64,000 nucleotides of DNA from Octopus vulgaris (Eukaryota): assembly GCA_951406725.2 (NCBI GenBank), contig OX597828.1, positions 3,038,001 through 3,102,000 of the forward strand, given 5' to 3'. A model generated the notes under the pieces. The model was not told the DNA's origin. It ran no database searches and worked only from the letters and a program-made list of their open reading frames with translations. Position 1 is the first letter of the stretch, and each line of letters begins with the position of its first letter. The position numbers and the translations under genes are program-made. Shown one piece after another: positions 50,681 through 63,873 of this stretch.

Positions 50681-51729
50681 CATACACGCACATTCATATT
50701 CACGATTTGTAAGAAACGATAGATTCTTAAAGTACATTTTAATTAAGCGTATACTCAGCTGCCAGCTGAGATAAATCACGAGACTGGTCGTCTCGGATTG
50801 TCTGCGAGCCAGTTCCCTCTCTAGTCTCACTAACACCTTATAGTACATTCTATAAAGATTTAATAATGGACAAAGACTTCTCTTAATCCGAATGATTAAC
50901 CAAAATGGTTATAGTAACTAATGATGATGTGATGTATTTACAGTGAAAAGATTATAATTTCATCTATCGGTAACTCATCTTTAATCTGTATCAGTGTTCA
51001 GATACTTATCAAGAATGCTTCTGAGTATCGTAAGCCGTGCGCGAAAACTCTATTGCAGGCGTTGCGCTATATTCTTCAGCAATTCACTTAACCCGACTTG
51101 CCCAGTCGATTTGGTGTCAGATCTCATCTGTTTGCACGAATACTTTAGGTTCTGACAGCCAACTAAACAGCACGACGCAATCACAATCTCAAATATAGAC
51201 ATCTAAAAAGATTTTAAAAATAAAATAAAAAAATACTTCCATTTAAAAATTACGAATAGGATTGAAGGCAAATACAAAACATGTTTATTTGCTACGTAAT
51301 GATTTCAAATTGCTCCATTGCATGTGCAGAATGTCTGAGCAGTACATTGTTATATGTAACGCCATGTTGTAGATGTCTAATGTAGTTTCGAAGAAGCGTA
51401 AGAGTCACGTGACATTTGACCCTCCCACTCAACAAAAAAATGTTAAAGAAAAATCAATAATTTGATAAAAAATTTCCGCAATTCTATCAAGAATAAAACA
51501 ACTACAACAATAGGGAAAACAAGAAAATTAGCATTGCTACACATGATTGATAAACCCTGCAACGTTTCAGTTGTCTTTAGTTTGTTTTCGAACGACACGC
51601 AAATTAAAAATTTGGTGTTTCTTGTCCAATGGGAAATGAATATTGATAGCTATTGCAGTTAACAGATGAAATGAGATTATTATCGTATTTCTCTACTCGA
51701 CACAACAATGTCGATCCGCAAATTTTGAA

Positions 51730-51840
<111 letters not shown>

Positions 51841-51898
51841 ATATATATATAATATATGGGATGACAAAAGAATAAGCGATTATCTTAAGAACTTCATT

Positions 51899-51976
51899 AG
51901 CTTACAGCTGTTTCTGCAATAAGATGCAGTGAACTCATAGCTGAGTACCTGAATAACACCTTTCAACTTCAGAGCT
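51899..51976 (-). ncRNA. Near-intact hammerhead motif (A9 changed to U)
   Basis: Minus strand AGCU-CUGAAGU-stem II-GAAA-CAGCUG-UA-AGCU, in a short cassette between TA-rich tracts. Confidence 0.58.
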
Positions 51977-52029
51977 TCGAATATGTCTAAGCGAAAGATA
52001 TATATATATAGTGTCAAACTAACAGTGAA

Positions 52030-52583
52030 GCCTGAAGCAGTCCAACGCCACTACAAGATTGAAGCAGTGCAGCGGATGAGGTACGGGGGAAAGGTTGAGA
52101 AAACTGCAACTTTACTTCCTTGAGCGAAGGCGTGACAGATATGTAATAATCTACACATGGAAAATTCTAGAAGGGCTAGTACCTAATTTCGGCATTGGGT
52201 GTTATACAAATGCCTGAACTGGACGTCATTGTATTATACCATCCACTCCATATAAATTCAAGACCAGGTACTGCAACAGCCTCGGGTTCAAAGGCCCACA
52301 GCTCTTCAATGCCCTGCCACATAAACTAAGAAGTCTGCATAAAGTCGAAGTAGATGTCTTCAAAAGGGAACTAGACATCCTCCTCTCCACAAAACCAACA
52401 GTACGGCGTGAGGTACAGACGAGAACAGCGGAATCAAACTTCTTTATACGCCAAATGGGTCAGCAGTTGGGACAAATGCACAAACAGAAGTGGTGATGTG
52501 ATACACTCCAGACTGAGAAAATAAACAAAACCACGGTGGTGCTCCCGCATGACCGCAGCTGCATGGCTGAAACGAATAAAAGA

Positions 52584-52586
<3 letters not shown>
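52030..52586 (+). mobile_element. CR1-group LINE 3' fragment whose tail matches the SINE family A tail
   Basis: LERRRDRYVIIYTWKILEGLVPNFGI...RYCNSLGFKGPQLFNALP...VFKRELD, then GGTGGTGCTCCCGCATGACCGCAG...CTGAAACGAATAAAAGAATA. Confidence 0.82.
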
Positions 52587-52640
<54 letters not shown>

Positions 52641-52649
<9 letters not shown>

Positions 52650-52898
52650 ATGCATACATACATATATGTACATACCTACATCTATATGTATATATACATG
52701 CATAAAATCAAACAACGAAAAAACAGAGTACAAGACAAACAATACAAGGAATATTCCTTGTATTGTTTGATTTTATGTTTTCGTTTCTCGTTGTGTTCTA
52801 CGTTTATTTGTGGTGTCCTGTATTCATATATATATATGCATGTATATATACATATAGATGTAGGTATGTACATATATGTATGTAAGCATATGTTTTAT
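52641..52898. repeat. Nested fold-back: 64-bp outer arms and a 34-bp perfect inner palindrome (52736-52769)
   Basis: 52641-52704 vs 52835-52898 (one mismatch seen). Inner palindrome CAAACAATACAAGGAAT|ATTCCTTGTATTGTTTG. Confidence 0.9.
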
Positions 52899-53302
52899 TT
52901 ATTAAATTGTTATTATATGATTGAACGCCTCGCATTGTTTTCTTATTCTCTAAGTAAGTTTTTATTATATATATATATATCAGAGCTAATAGTGAGAGAT
53001 AATCAGCCCGGGCAAAATACTACATAAGCTGTCTGTTGGCACATAATTCTATATTGTAAATCCGTGGTTGGGCTCCAGACAAACTGGTTTTTACATAGAG
53101 TGATATATAAAACATAAATAATGGTCATTACATATTTTCCCTCTACTATACCTAATTTGGTTTCCAGTAGTTTCCAGTTGTCATTATAAATACGTTATTG
53201 ATATGTTTGCTCAATAGGTCTATTGATCAGTTGAGAAAATGTGAACGCTTTGTTATAACCATGAATGGTTTGGACGAAAATAGCATTAATTTTCTTAGGT
53301 AG

Positions 53303-54360
53303 TTCAATTTTACTCAACTGGTCAATAGAACAATTGAGCAATTCCCTCATAAAATTCCAGACAGAATTGAAAAGAGTTTCATCACCGAAGGATTAAAGTT
53401 TATTCCCCAAAACAGCATTTTTGACTACATAGATCAAACAAAGCTTATTCTAAGAAATAGACTGTCTGTTCATCGACAACAAATACGAGACCCCAGTACT
53501 AGACAGATTCCACTGAGTGGACACATAGACATATGTGCAACAAATATGTCCCCCAAATTCCAGGTCTTCCCACTCTACCTATATTCAGTCAAATCCACAG
53601 ATGAAGCACAGATAAACAAAGAAAATACTTTCATACAAATGTACAAACCAAGACGTAACAAACTTTAACAGAGTACAAAACTCATTCTGCCATTTAATAT
53701 GAGGAACCTATACAACGAACAACTTTAGCCATTGAACTACATACAAACGACTACAAACGACATACAAACTACATTCAAGCGACTCCTGTCCACTCTCCCA
53801 CCTTGATTGTAACTGAACATGTTCACTCAACCGTGTCGGCCTTCTTTTTAGGTGCAAAATATATTGTCACATGATACTAAGGCACAGACATAGTGGGAAA
53901 TGTACAAAAGGTAATAAACTTAATTATGTGTTCATTCTCTACAGACACTTGACAGAAAACATTCAGAGCATTGATTATTTGGACATGCTCAATCAACCGT
54001 GTCAGCCTTAGCTTACGACGCCAAACATTGTCACTAGATACTAACACACGGATGTAGCGGGGAACTAACAAAAAATTCTAAGACCAGTCATGTGACTACC
54101 AATCAAAACCTATTCAAAACACATACTAGTTTGAGCCATGATCTCCCTATAAAAATAGGGTAAGCTTCAAACACTAGTCAGAAGCAAGACAGTTGCGACA
54201 TAAGCCAAGTCTTTCTATTTCAACTTTTTGAAAATCATTGTAAACTGTGAAACCGGTTAAAACTTTAAATATAGTAATAAAAATTATTTCATCTATTATC
54301 AGTTCATTTTCAACTTCTATTTTCCTATTTACCCGTGTGAAATAAAATCACGTTGCTTTC
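53303..54360 (+). mobile_element. Penelope-like element 3' part: RT stub fused to GIY-YIG endonuclease (open frame 53303-53668), 3'UTR and decayed HHR at about 54223-54265
   Basis: FPHKIPDRIEKSFITEGLKFIPQNSIF|DYIDQTKLILRNRLSVHRQQIRDP...LSGHIDICA...KENTFIQMYKPRRN*. Downstream UUGAAAA...GAAA-CCGG-UUA. Confidence 0.8.
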
Positions 54361-54370
54361 TATATATGTA

Positions 54371-54459
<89 letters not shown>

Positions 54460-54488
54460 CTTTTAAGCAGCAGAAAATTCAACAAAAT

Positions 54489-54526
54489 CTGTTACTCTGA
54501 GTTTCTCGTTGCCGTTCATCAGACAG
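54489..54526 (-). ncRNA. Minimal type I hammerhead ribozyme (left arm of the inverted repeat)
   Basis: Exact reverse complement of 54669-54706. Confidence 0.8.
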
Positions 54527-54668
54527 TTTTTGCTAGAATGGAACTGATATATCAATTCAATCTAGACTCTTACAAACGCTACACCTTTAAAAAGAAATGG
54601 ACTTGTTTGATTGTAGCGTTTGTAAGAGTCTAGATTGAATTGATATATCAGTTCCATTCTAGCAAAAA

Positions 54669-54706
54669 CTGTCTGATGAACGGCAACGAGAAACTCAGAG
54701 TAACAG
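54669..54706 (+). ncRNA. Minimal type I hammerhead ribozyme (38 nt)
   Basis: CUGU-CUGAUGA-A-CG-GCAA-CG-A-GAAA-CUCAGAG-UA-ACAG. Confidence 0.8.
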
Positions 54707-54808
54707 ATTTTGTTGAATTTTCTGCTGCTTAAAATAAAGCATATTACTCTACCACTGGTATTTGAGTACTCTTTTTTCCACCTTGTTTCACATTTATGTG
54801 TTTACTCC

Positions 54809-54874
<66 letters not shown>

Positions 54875-56204
54875 TATGGTAACAGAAAGACGGGTGGGTC
54901 ACTCAACAACTGGTTCATGAGCATCGGATGATAATTAGACACAATTCGTTAAAATAACAGTCCTACAATGTATCTTCTCATTTAGTAGATGAAAGGCAAA
55001 GTCGACCTCGGCGGAATTTGAGCTCAGAACTTACAGACAGACGTAATACCGTTAAGCATTTTGTCTGGGGCGCTGTTCACCACCTTGTTTGTTTTAATAT
55101 TAACAAAATTATCAACTTGGTGAGATTGAGAATGGTTGAAACAACCGAATGTATCACTTTTAACCAGCTTCCTTCCAAAGTTTGTAAAATGTTAGTCGCA
55201 TTTTTGAAAGTTCATTTTTGTTGGTTTGGTTCTGGAGCAGGAGAGACGAGCAAGTTGTGAGTGCATGAGCGAAGAAATCACGTGAGCAGTAGTTCCGAAT
55301 AGTATAAGCCACTGCAGTAACAGAAGAGAAAGCAGACAGCATGTCTGTAGATAATCGGTTGCTATGTTTAAAAATAACTTAAGTAGTTACTAAAAGACTT
55401 ATGCCATATATGAGAATACTCTACACGAATAATCTTTGTTAATGCTTATCTGATTAGCGATTTTAATCGTCTTAAGTAATTGACATGGCTATATATTTTG
55501 TGAGGACGAAGAAATAAACGATTAAGCTACTAGTTATGGTAAGGGAATGACCTAGAGCTGTACTCAAATAATATTTTTGGTGTCTGGATACAGACTTGGT
55601 CACATGATTTTAATAAGACACAAAATGTATTGTTTATAGTAAATATTTCTATTTCCGTTTTGGTAGTTAACCAAAAGAAAGTCATTGTCCAATGAAGGTC
55701 AAGTATTGGAAACGAATAAAACACTGGAAATATAGACGAAAGTATTGTAGAGCGGTGGTTGACAGAATGGATTTCTGGGCTCTGTAGGGGTTGATAAATA
55801 AAGTACCACTCCAGTGGATTTATTTTTTTTGTCTCTCACTTTTTCTCTCCTTTCTTTCTGAAAGAAATCTACTTTATACTGATCTGGAGCGAGACGGTCT
55901 TTGCTGTGTTTAGAATGCTCAAGACATATCCTACATCACGATGATGCTCCTTCAATCCCACCAGGAATTGAAAGCCCAAAGCATTTAGCTCTTGGAGAGA
56001 TTATAAGAGGCGCCGTAGGAAGGGGCGAACTGCCAAATAGAAATATTCATATCTATAAATTTGCATTAATGAGAAATTACATTTTACACAGGTATTAAAA
56101 ACACGAATGTGTTTTAGTTCTCATTAAGTATTTCTTCTAGTTTCATCTGTTAAGACCAATGGAAATACTCAAATTTATCCTCAATATTTCTGGACCGAAA
56201 AAAG

Positions 56205-57095
56205 TGGCGGGCTGGCAGAGTCGTATTTAGCAGTATTTCGACCGTCTAACATTCTGAGTTCAAATTCCGCAGAGGCCGACTTTGCCTTTCATCCCTGTTG
56301 GGATCGATAAAATAAGTACCAGTTGCGCACTGGATTAGATGTAATCGACTTATTTCTCACCCGAAATTGCTGGCCTTGTGCAAAAATTTGAAACCAATCT
56401 ATTCTAAAATTTCAGGTTCTTATCTTCTGCATGAAGATATCGCAGCAACTTTATAATTTTAGCGGGTACGCTTACATCCTCTGCACCCCTTATACCCGAA
56501 CCTACCACAGGCGTTGCCAGTGGTATGTTAATATTTATTAGCGAAACTTGAAATGTTGATTCTTAGCACTCAACTTAATCTGTCGGGTAGTGGTCTTTTT
56601 GTGATCATTTGAACTATGTGTCTATTAGTAGCATTGTGCTGTGTTATGATGACTCTTTAAGAGGCTTGATTAGTACAATCGTTAAGGTGTTGGACAAAAC
56701 ACCTTGCAGTATTTGTTTCGACTTTTACTTTCTGAATTTAAATCTCATAATGCTGAACACAAATATATTCAACTGTTTTCTTGTGACCAAAATTCTGATC
56801 TTGTGCTATATTAGAAAATATTATTGTTTCCACGATTAATCATTTAATTTTGTCGAAACATCTGTCTCATATCATTTTCTATAATCTTGCTTTCAACTTT
56901 TGGCTCTAGACCAGAAAGTTCGAATGCGGTCATAAGTCGATTGCATCGGCCCCAGTGCTCAACTTGTATTTATTTTATCGATCCCGAAAGGATGAAAGGC
57001 AAAGCAGACCTCAGCGAAATTTGAATTCAGAACGTAAAACAGACGAAATGTCGCTAAGCAATTCGCCCATTGTGCTGACGAGTCTGCCAGCTCGC
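56205..57095. mobile_element. Two SINE family B copies (56205-56397 plus, 56895-57095 minus)
   Basis: Family-B head and core in both orientations. Confidence 0.72.
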
Positions 57096-57199
57096 TGTCC
57101 TATCGATCCCTATAATCTTAAAAAAGGACAGAACAAGTCTGAAAACAAATGACACGTGAGTCTTTTACTTTCAGACCTGTCAAGGAGGAATGTGGGGGT

Positions 57200-57630
57200 A
57201 AACATAGGTTCGAGAATAAGGAGTGCAGAGGGTGCAAGCTGGAAGCACATGATACAATCACCGAACCGAAAGGGTACTGGAGTTGGAAAAATGTAAGATT
57301 TTGTGTGACTTTCTTATTCAAACGGATAATATGTTAGAAAATAATAGCCTGGACACAACAATTAGTTGCTTACTGATCGACCCATCATGCCCGTTTGATT
57401 CCAAGATTATACAGAAAGAGGGAGAAAAACAAAAAGAAAAAATACAATCCCTTGATAATTTGAAGTAAGGGAACAGTAAAGGTTGTGCCTATAATAATAA
57501 TTGGTGCGTTGGGAACAGTAAGCACAGATATAGGCAAATGACTGAAGGAAATTGGAATAGAACGCTCGGTAGAGCTTCTATAGAAAGTTTGTCTCTTAGG
57601 AATAGCAAGGATTATCAGGAGGTTCCTAAG

Positions 57631-57632
<2 letters not shown>
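57200..57632 (+). mobile_element. Decayed Dong/R4-like LINE 3' end (RLE domain)
   Basis: EKCKILCDFLIQTD...CLLIDPSCPFDSKI..KE.EK...IIIGALGTVS...KVCLLGIARIIRRFL, abutting (ATT)n. Confidence 0.78.
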
Positions 57633-57686
<54 letters not shown>

Positions 57687-57786
57687 TCTACGTTCTGAGT
57701 TCAAATTCCGCCGTGGTAAACTTTACCTTTCATCCTTTCGGGGTCGATAAAATAAATACAAGATGAACACGCGGGTCGATGTAACC

Positions 57787-57996
57787 ATATTAGGACAACT
57801 ACTCCCCGAGGACAATTACCCCCCACCATAGGACAGTTCCCCCGACGACAACTATCCACTAGGACAATTACCCACTTGGTTAATTACCACCTCTCCAATA
57901 TATTAAGAAGTTTTAAATCATCATCTGTTGTCCTCAGGGGTAATTGTCCTTGGGGGCGGGTTTATTGTCCATGGGGAGGGTAAATGTCCTAGACTC
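57787..57996. mobile_element. MULE-like MITE with GGACAATTACCC subterminal repeats, inserted in a family-B SINE
   Basis: Direct repeat TCGATGTAACC at 57776-57786 and 57995-58005. Mirrored TAGGACA...TGTCCTAG ends. Confidence 0.75.
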
Positions 57997-58057
57997 GATG
58001 TAACCGACTCATCCCCTCCCCCAAAATTGCTGCCCTTATGGCAAAATTTGAAACCAC

Positions 58058-58114
<57 letters not shown>

Positions 58115-58116
58115 TA

Positions 58117-58198
<82 letters not shown>

Positions 58199-58228
58199 GA
58201 TTATGATTATGATTATTATAATTATTAT

Positions 58229-58779
58229 TGAGTGAGAGAGCAGTGCATGCCATCGAAGTGATACTGGGATAAAATATACGAAGCCCAGTATACCCGTCAA
58301 GACTACCCGTCTGATAAAGGTACACCAGACACATGCATCACAACCATATGTGTGTGACATGGTGATCTCATATCAAGATAAACAGCACATTACCTTGCAG
58401 GTGGGGCCCAGTTAGAATTTTCTTCTGGTCGAGTAACCCATCCCACTCAAAAGGTCCCTGAATAAGAGCTGTTTAAGGATGTTGAACGAAACACCCATGT
58501 TTCTAGAGGTGAATTATTCAAACCTCAAAGATTTCCTCTCAACACATGGCTATGATGCTTCCACACTACTTCTGGTGATCAGAGATGCACATATTGTCAG
58601 CCACTAAAGGACATGCTCAACTGGTTAAGGTAAAAAAACTGACAAGCAAATCTGTGGTATTGAGCAGAATATTTGCTGTAGCCCATCTTTGATACAAGAC
58701 AAATCATGTACATGATAACACTTTCAATCTGTTAAGATAAGAAGCCACGAGAGCCATTGCCTGGTACTGTATCAGGGCA
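58229..58779. mobile_element. Unclassified roughly 550-bp insertion flanked by (ATT)n on both sides
   Basis: Abrupt boundaries within an ATT tract; no ORF or TIR seen. Confidence 0.5.
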
Positions 58780-60044
58780 TTATTATTATTATACCTGTGT
58801 TTGTTTTGATATTAAGATTTTTAAAAAATTGACCTTGTTTGTGACAGAAACTGGACCTGGGATTGCGCCTCCTCAGCAAATTTCATTCCCGCACCAAACA
58901 ATAACAAAATCCGCTCACACATTTACTCAAGTGATAAAAACACTGTCACGTTTCATATTAAAGAATGAGTCAAGGACAAGACACCAGATGGCGCTGCCAT
59001 CACTCTCGTCAAGCTCAGGATGCCATCTGGTATATTGGTGAAATGAAATGGTTAAACTAATAAAGAAAGCAATGGTTCAAACTCAGATTACCACCACTCT
59101 ATGGCAACCACACCGAGACACACACACACCTTTTAATAATTTCAGTAAAGAAAAACTCTAGTATTTTTTCATTTTTTTATTGGTTTTTAGTCATTTTAGA
59201 TTGCGGCCATGTTAGAACACGGCCTTCAAGTTGTTTAGTCGATACTATTGATCAAGTATTTATTTCAGCCTCCAACTTATTTTATGATACCCTGTATATC
59301 GAACCTCTAAGTTACAAGACATTGTAATATCATTGTATCATTTATTAAATAATTTAATTGATTTGTGTTATTAGTTCTCGCACTCCGTGAAATGAAAACG
59401 TTTACATTGATTTTGGTTTATTGCAATTAGAATTATTTATAAGAAATTTCTTCATATCTTTGACCCAGACTTTTAGTGGAAGAGAACCCCTCTGTGACAG
59501 CTGGTTTTAGAGTAGAATTTTTTTATTTTTATATTATTATTTAGAATTGTTAAGGAGAATTCATCTGCTTCTCGATAAAATTTGGCAATGTGCCTCCACG
59601 TAACTATTATTATCAAATTGAATTCTAACTTTAGTACAAGGTCAAAGATTTGTAGGCGGGTGCGTATCGATTTAATCGACTCAAGCACATTACTGGTGTT
59701 TGTTTATTGGACTTCAGCCTGATAATATTGAATGTTTCTAGAGAGCAAAGATTATGCTACCCGCGAAGTGTGCTACGACTAGGTTTCGATTTTCAGCCAA
59801 AGCCTCTTCAATTTTTTACCGAATGTTATAGCGATTACACTTTTCTCATTGCCTAAAATACATGAATTGGTAGCAAGAGCGAGCTTAGTCAATACAAAAA
59901 TAGATGTTATTAGTAAATACTTTCCGACAGGTAAGAATCGCTTTCGATTCTTGGCTCTAGCCACTTCACTTCACTTGAGATAGGCACAAATATCACACAA
60001 TCTCATTAAAAAAAAGTTTATCGCCTTGTGAAAGGCATCGAAGT

Positions 60045-60208
60045 CGCAGATGTGGCTGTGTAGTAAGAAACTTGCTTCCCAACCACGTGGTTCCAGGTGC
60101 AGTCCCACTGTATGGCATCTTGGGAGTGTGTTTATACTGTAGCCTTGAACCGACCAAAGCCTTGCGAATGGATTTGGCAGATGGAAACTGAAAGAAGCTT
60201 GTCATATG

Positions 60209-60255
<47 letters not shown>

Positions 60256-60440
60256 GTGTTTGTCCCTCACCGCTTGACAACCGGTGTTGGTGTGTTTACG
60301 TCCCCGTAACTTAACGGTTCGCCAAAGGAGACCGATATAATAAGTACTGGGGTCGATTCATTCGATTAAAAATTCTTCAAGGCGACGCCTCAGCATGGCT
60401 GCAGTTAAATGACTGAAACAAGTAAAAGATAAAAGATAAT
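60045..60440 (+). mobile_element. SINE family A
   Basis: Head, microsatellite and tail as at 28501. Confidence 0.85.
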
Positions 60441-61249
60441 GCCTAAAGGATTGAATCAATCTAAAATCTTCTTGCTAATATGGCCTGTGTCTGGCAAAAA
60501 GGGGTTAATCAATCTTAAGGAAGGCCTCACGAGCAATCAGGCTCACAGTCCTTAAGAAGTACATGGGGCTCCTGGGATTGTACGACTCCATTCTATCATC
60601 TACCTTTAACTTATTTATTAAAGCAGACACCTGATCATTAATAGATATAAAGATGTTGGAGCAGATCATAGTTTTTATATAATTTCCTGGCAGTAAGTTC
60701 GTTCTAACTCAGGAATCCATAGCATACGTATTCCTTGTCTTTTCCGAAAATAGAACCCCCCCCCAAAAAAAAAAACAAACAAACAAAAAATAAAACGTGT
60801 AGCTAGTCCGATTTCTTCACATCTAGTACAAATATCCGGATATCCTGTTAGAACTGGTTCTGGAATATTTTAAATTAAATACTCCATCAGCTCCCACTCG
60901 GAGCCACCCAGCATTGGTCTATGGAGTGGGTTTCTGTATGTGTGCAGATCGTATATCCCCAAGCCTCTCAGGTTGTCAGAACAGTCTGCATTCTTTCTAT
61001 CATGAAGGAAGCTACCTGTCTCATCCGATGTGTTAGCATACTAGTCTTCCGCAGCATCAGTTCAAGAAACTTTTGCTTTCCTGACGTGGATACCTTTTCG
61101 AGGGAGAATTCTACGTTTGTTTCTCCATCCTGATGCTGTATTAGCTTCGATCGGAAGGATTCACCAAGTCGGGAAGTAAAACGATACGATCCATAAAGGT
61201 AGGAAGGAAGGCACGACACGTTACCAAAAGGTTTGGGGTACGCTATCCT

Positions 61250-61647
61250 CTTTCATCTTCTTTTATTTGTTTCAGTCACTAGACTGCGGTCATGCTGGGG
61301 CACCGCCCTGAATTTTTTACTCGGATGAATCGACCCCCAAACTTACATTTTTCAAGTCCGATACTTATTCTATCGGTTTCTTTGGCAGAACCGCTAAGTT
61401 ACGGGGACGTAAACATACCAACACTGGTTGTTAAGAGGTGGTGGTGGACAAATATCGATACAAAGACACGTGCACATACATAAATATACGACGGACTTCT
61501 ATCAGTTTCCGTCTACCAAATCCACTCGCAAGGGTCGTCCCGAAGCTACAGTAGAAGACACTTGCCGAAGGTGCTACGCAATGGGACCGAAACCAGAATC
61601 CTGTGGTTGGGAAGTAAGCTGCTTATCATACAGCCACTCCTGCGTCT
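61250..61647 (-). mobile_element. SINE family A
   Basis: Reverse complement of family A. Confidence 0.82.
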
Positions 61648-61669
61648 ATATATATTAAACAAGTACTAT

Positions 61670-61819
61670 CAGTACCGTCCTAGGCATGGGCACGCCGGGC
61701 AATTGTCCAGGGAACCTACGGGTTTAGGGGCTCGATTCTTTTCTATGTTTGCTGTGGTGTACTGACAATGAATAAATAATATAGGCCTAATGATTTGTAA
61801 TGCTACTAAGACGGGTCTG
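61670..61819. mobile_element. 150-bp hAT MITE with an 8-bp TSD
   Basis: Ends CAGTACCGTCCTAG and CTAAGACGGGTCTG. Flanks AGTACTAT and GGTACTAT match at 7/8. Confidence 0.75.
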
Positions 61820-62099
61820 GGTACTATAGAAATTAATTCATAAAGAGGAATACATATACTTATTAAGCGAGAAGCTATAGACGTGACTTGAAGATCTTGA
61901 GATTTGACCATATATACAATACTTATGAATAATATATAATGCAGCCGTAATACTTCCTGGCACAGAACCAATAACTGTGGAGAGGTATACTCATAACAAA
62001 TAGCTGAAAAAACATTCTTTAAAATGGCTTCAAGTGTTATGAGCTATACTCAGCTATCTGTGTATATATAATATATACATATTTACATATATACATACA

Positions 62100-62147
<48 letters not shown>

Positions 62148-62230
62148 GGTCCCGGGTTGATTCGGGGTTAACCACAGTAAGTAAGGTACTCAATACATAG
62201 CAGAGTAAAATTAATTTATTATATAGAAGG

Positions 62231-62281
62231 AGCTTCTACAGGACTAGTACTGTTTCATTCAAGAGAAATCTTCAGGAAGCT
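62231..62281 (-). ncRNA. Type I hammerhead ribozyme with an extended stem III, in a Penelope-like terminal repeat next to (TA)n
   Basis: Minus strand AGCUUC-CUGAAGA-U-UUC-UCUU-GAA-U-GAAA-CAG-UACUAGUC-CUG-UA-GAAGCU. Confidence 0.85.
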
Positions 62282-62599
62282 ATTTAACAAGAATTGTATT
62301 AGCATTTATACATTTAGGCAGGTTTAAAGGAGTGGTGGTGGGGGACTTTTGGGGGTAGGCATAGCGCAAAATATCATACTTGGGGAGTGGTCAAGGAGTC
62401 AGTGGTAAGTTAGATGAAAGAATAGATAAATAAAAAAATAAAAAAATAAAAAAATAAAAAATAAAAAAATAAAATAAAAAAATAAAAAAATAAAAAATAT
62501 AAAAAATATATATAAAAAATATATATATAAAAATATATATATAAAAAAATATATATATAAAAAAAGGGGGGATAGAGTTATAGGTAAATAAGGAGATTC

Positions 62600-62671
62600 T
62601 CACTTATACCTATACACACATGTATACGTATCTACACACACATACATACATACACATATATATACACACAC

Positions 62672-62718
<47 letters not shown>

Positions 62719-63596
62719 CATATGTACACACATACATACATATCTACATACACACATACATACACCCGCCCACATATACAAATTTATACACATGCACATG
62801 CCTATACCTGTCTACACATACACACACGTATATATGCATACACTCACTCCCATGCATGCACGCATACACACATGTATATATATATATATATATACCCACG
62901 ACCACACATACATATATACACATAAAAATATATATTCATACGCACATACACTCATGCACACACAACACACCTAGTTCCCTATATACACATATTTACACCT
63001 ATATATACATACACCCACATACACCTATGTACACATATATATATATATAAACATATACACGCATACATATATATACATGTGTGCACATACATACATACAC
63101 ACATATATACATACACATACACATACACATGTGTACCTATACATACCTACACATACACACATACATACATACAAATATACATATACATATATATATATAC
63201 AATCCAATACAGGCCCATTCCCTAATTTTAATTTTATTATCTTCATTTATTACTTTTGTTATCTTTGATCGCTAGGGCTAAGAATCCTGGCAATGGCTGC
63301 ATGTCCATTTGTCTGTCTACTAGAAGGCAAGTACTCATTCCCGCACGCACACTCATTAGCACGTACATTCACCCATTCGTACACTCATACACATACACGT
63401 ACGCACGCGTTATATTCATACATACAAACATCTACATACGTTCACGTATATACACATACGTACTCGTACCTACAGATTCGTGTCTACACTTTAGGAGGCT
63501 AGTCTATACATATACACCAATAAATATACATATATATATATATACCCGCATATACATACACACACACACATATATACTCCTACATACAGATACATA

Positions 63597-63656
<60 letters not shown>

Positions 63657-63836
63657 CATACACATACACACATACATATACACACACATACATACACATA
63701 TATATACATACACAAACATATATACACACATATATATATACATACACACATACACACATACATACGTATACATACATACATACATCCATACATCCATACT
63801 TACATGCATTTATACGCATACACACACCCATCTATA

Positions 63837-63873
<37 letters not shown>

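Noticed and set aside
55160-55342. 60-aa ORF in non-repetitive sequence with a CACGTG box
   Set aside because: No recognisable homology or convincing splice signals.
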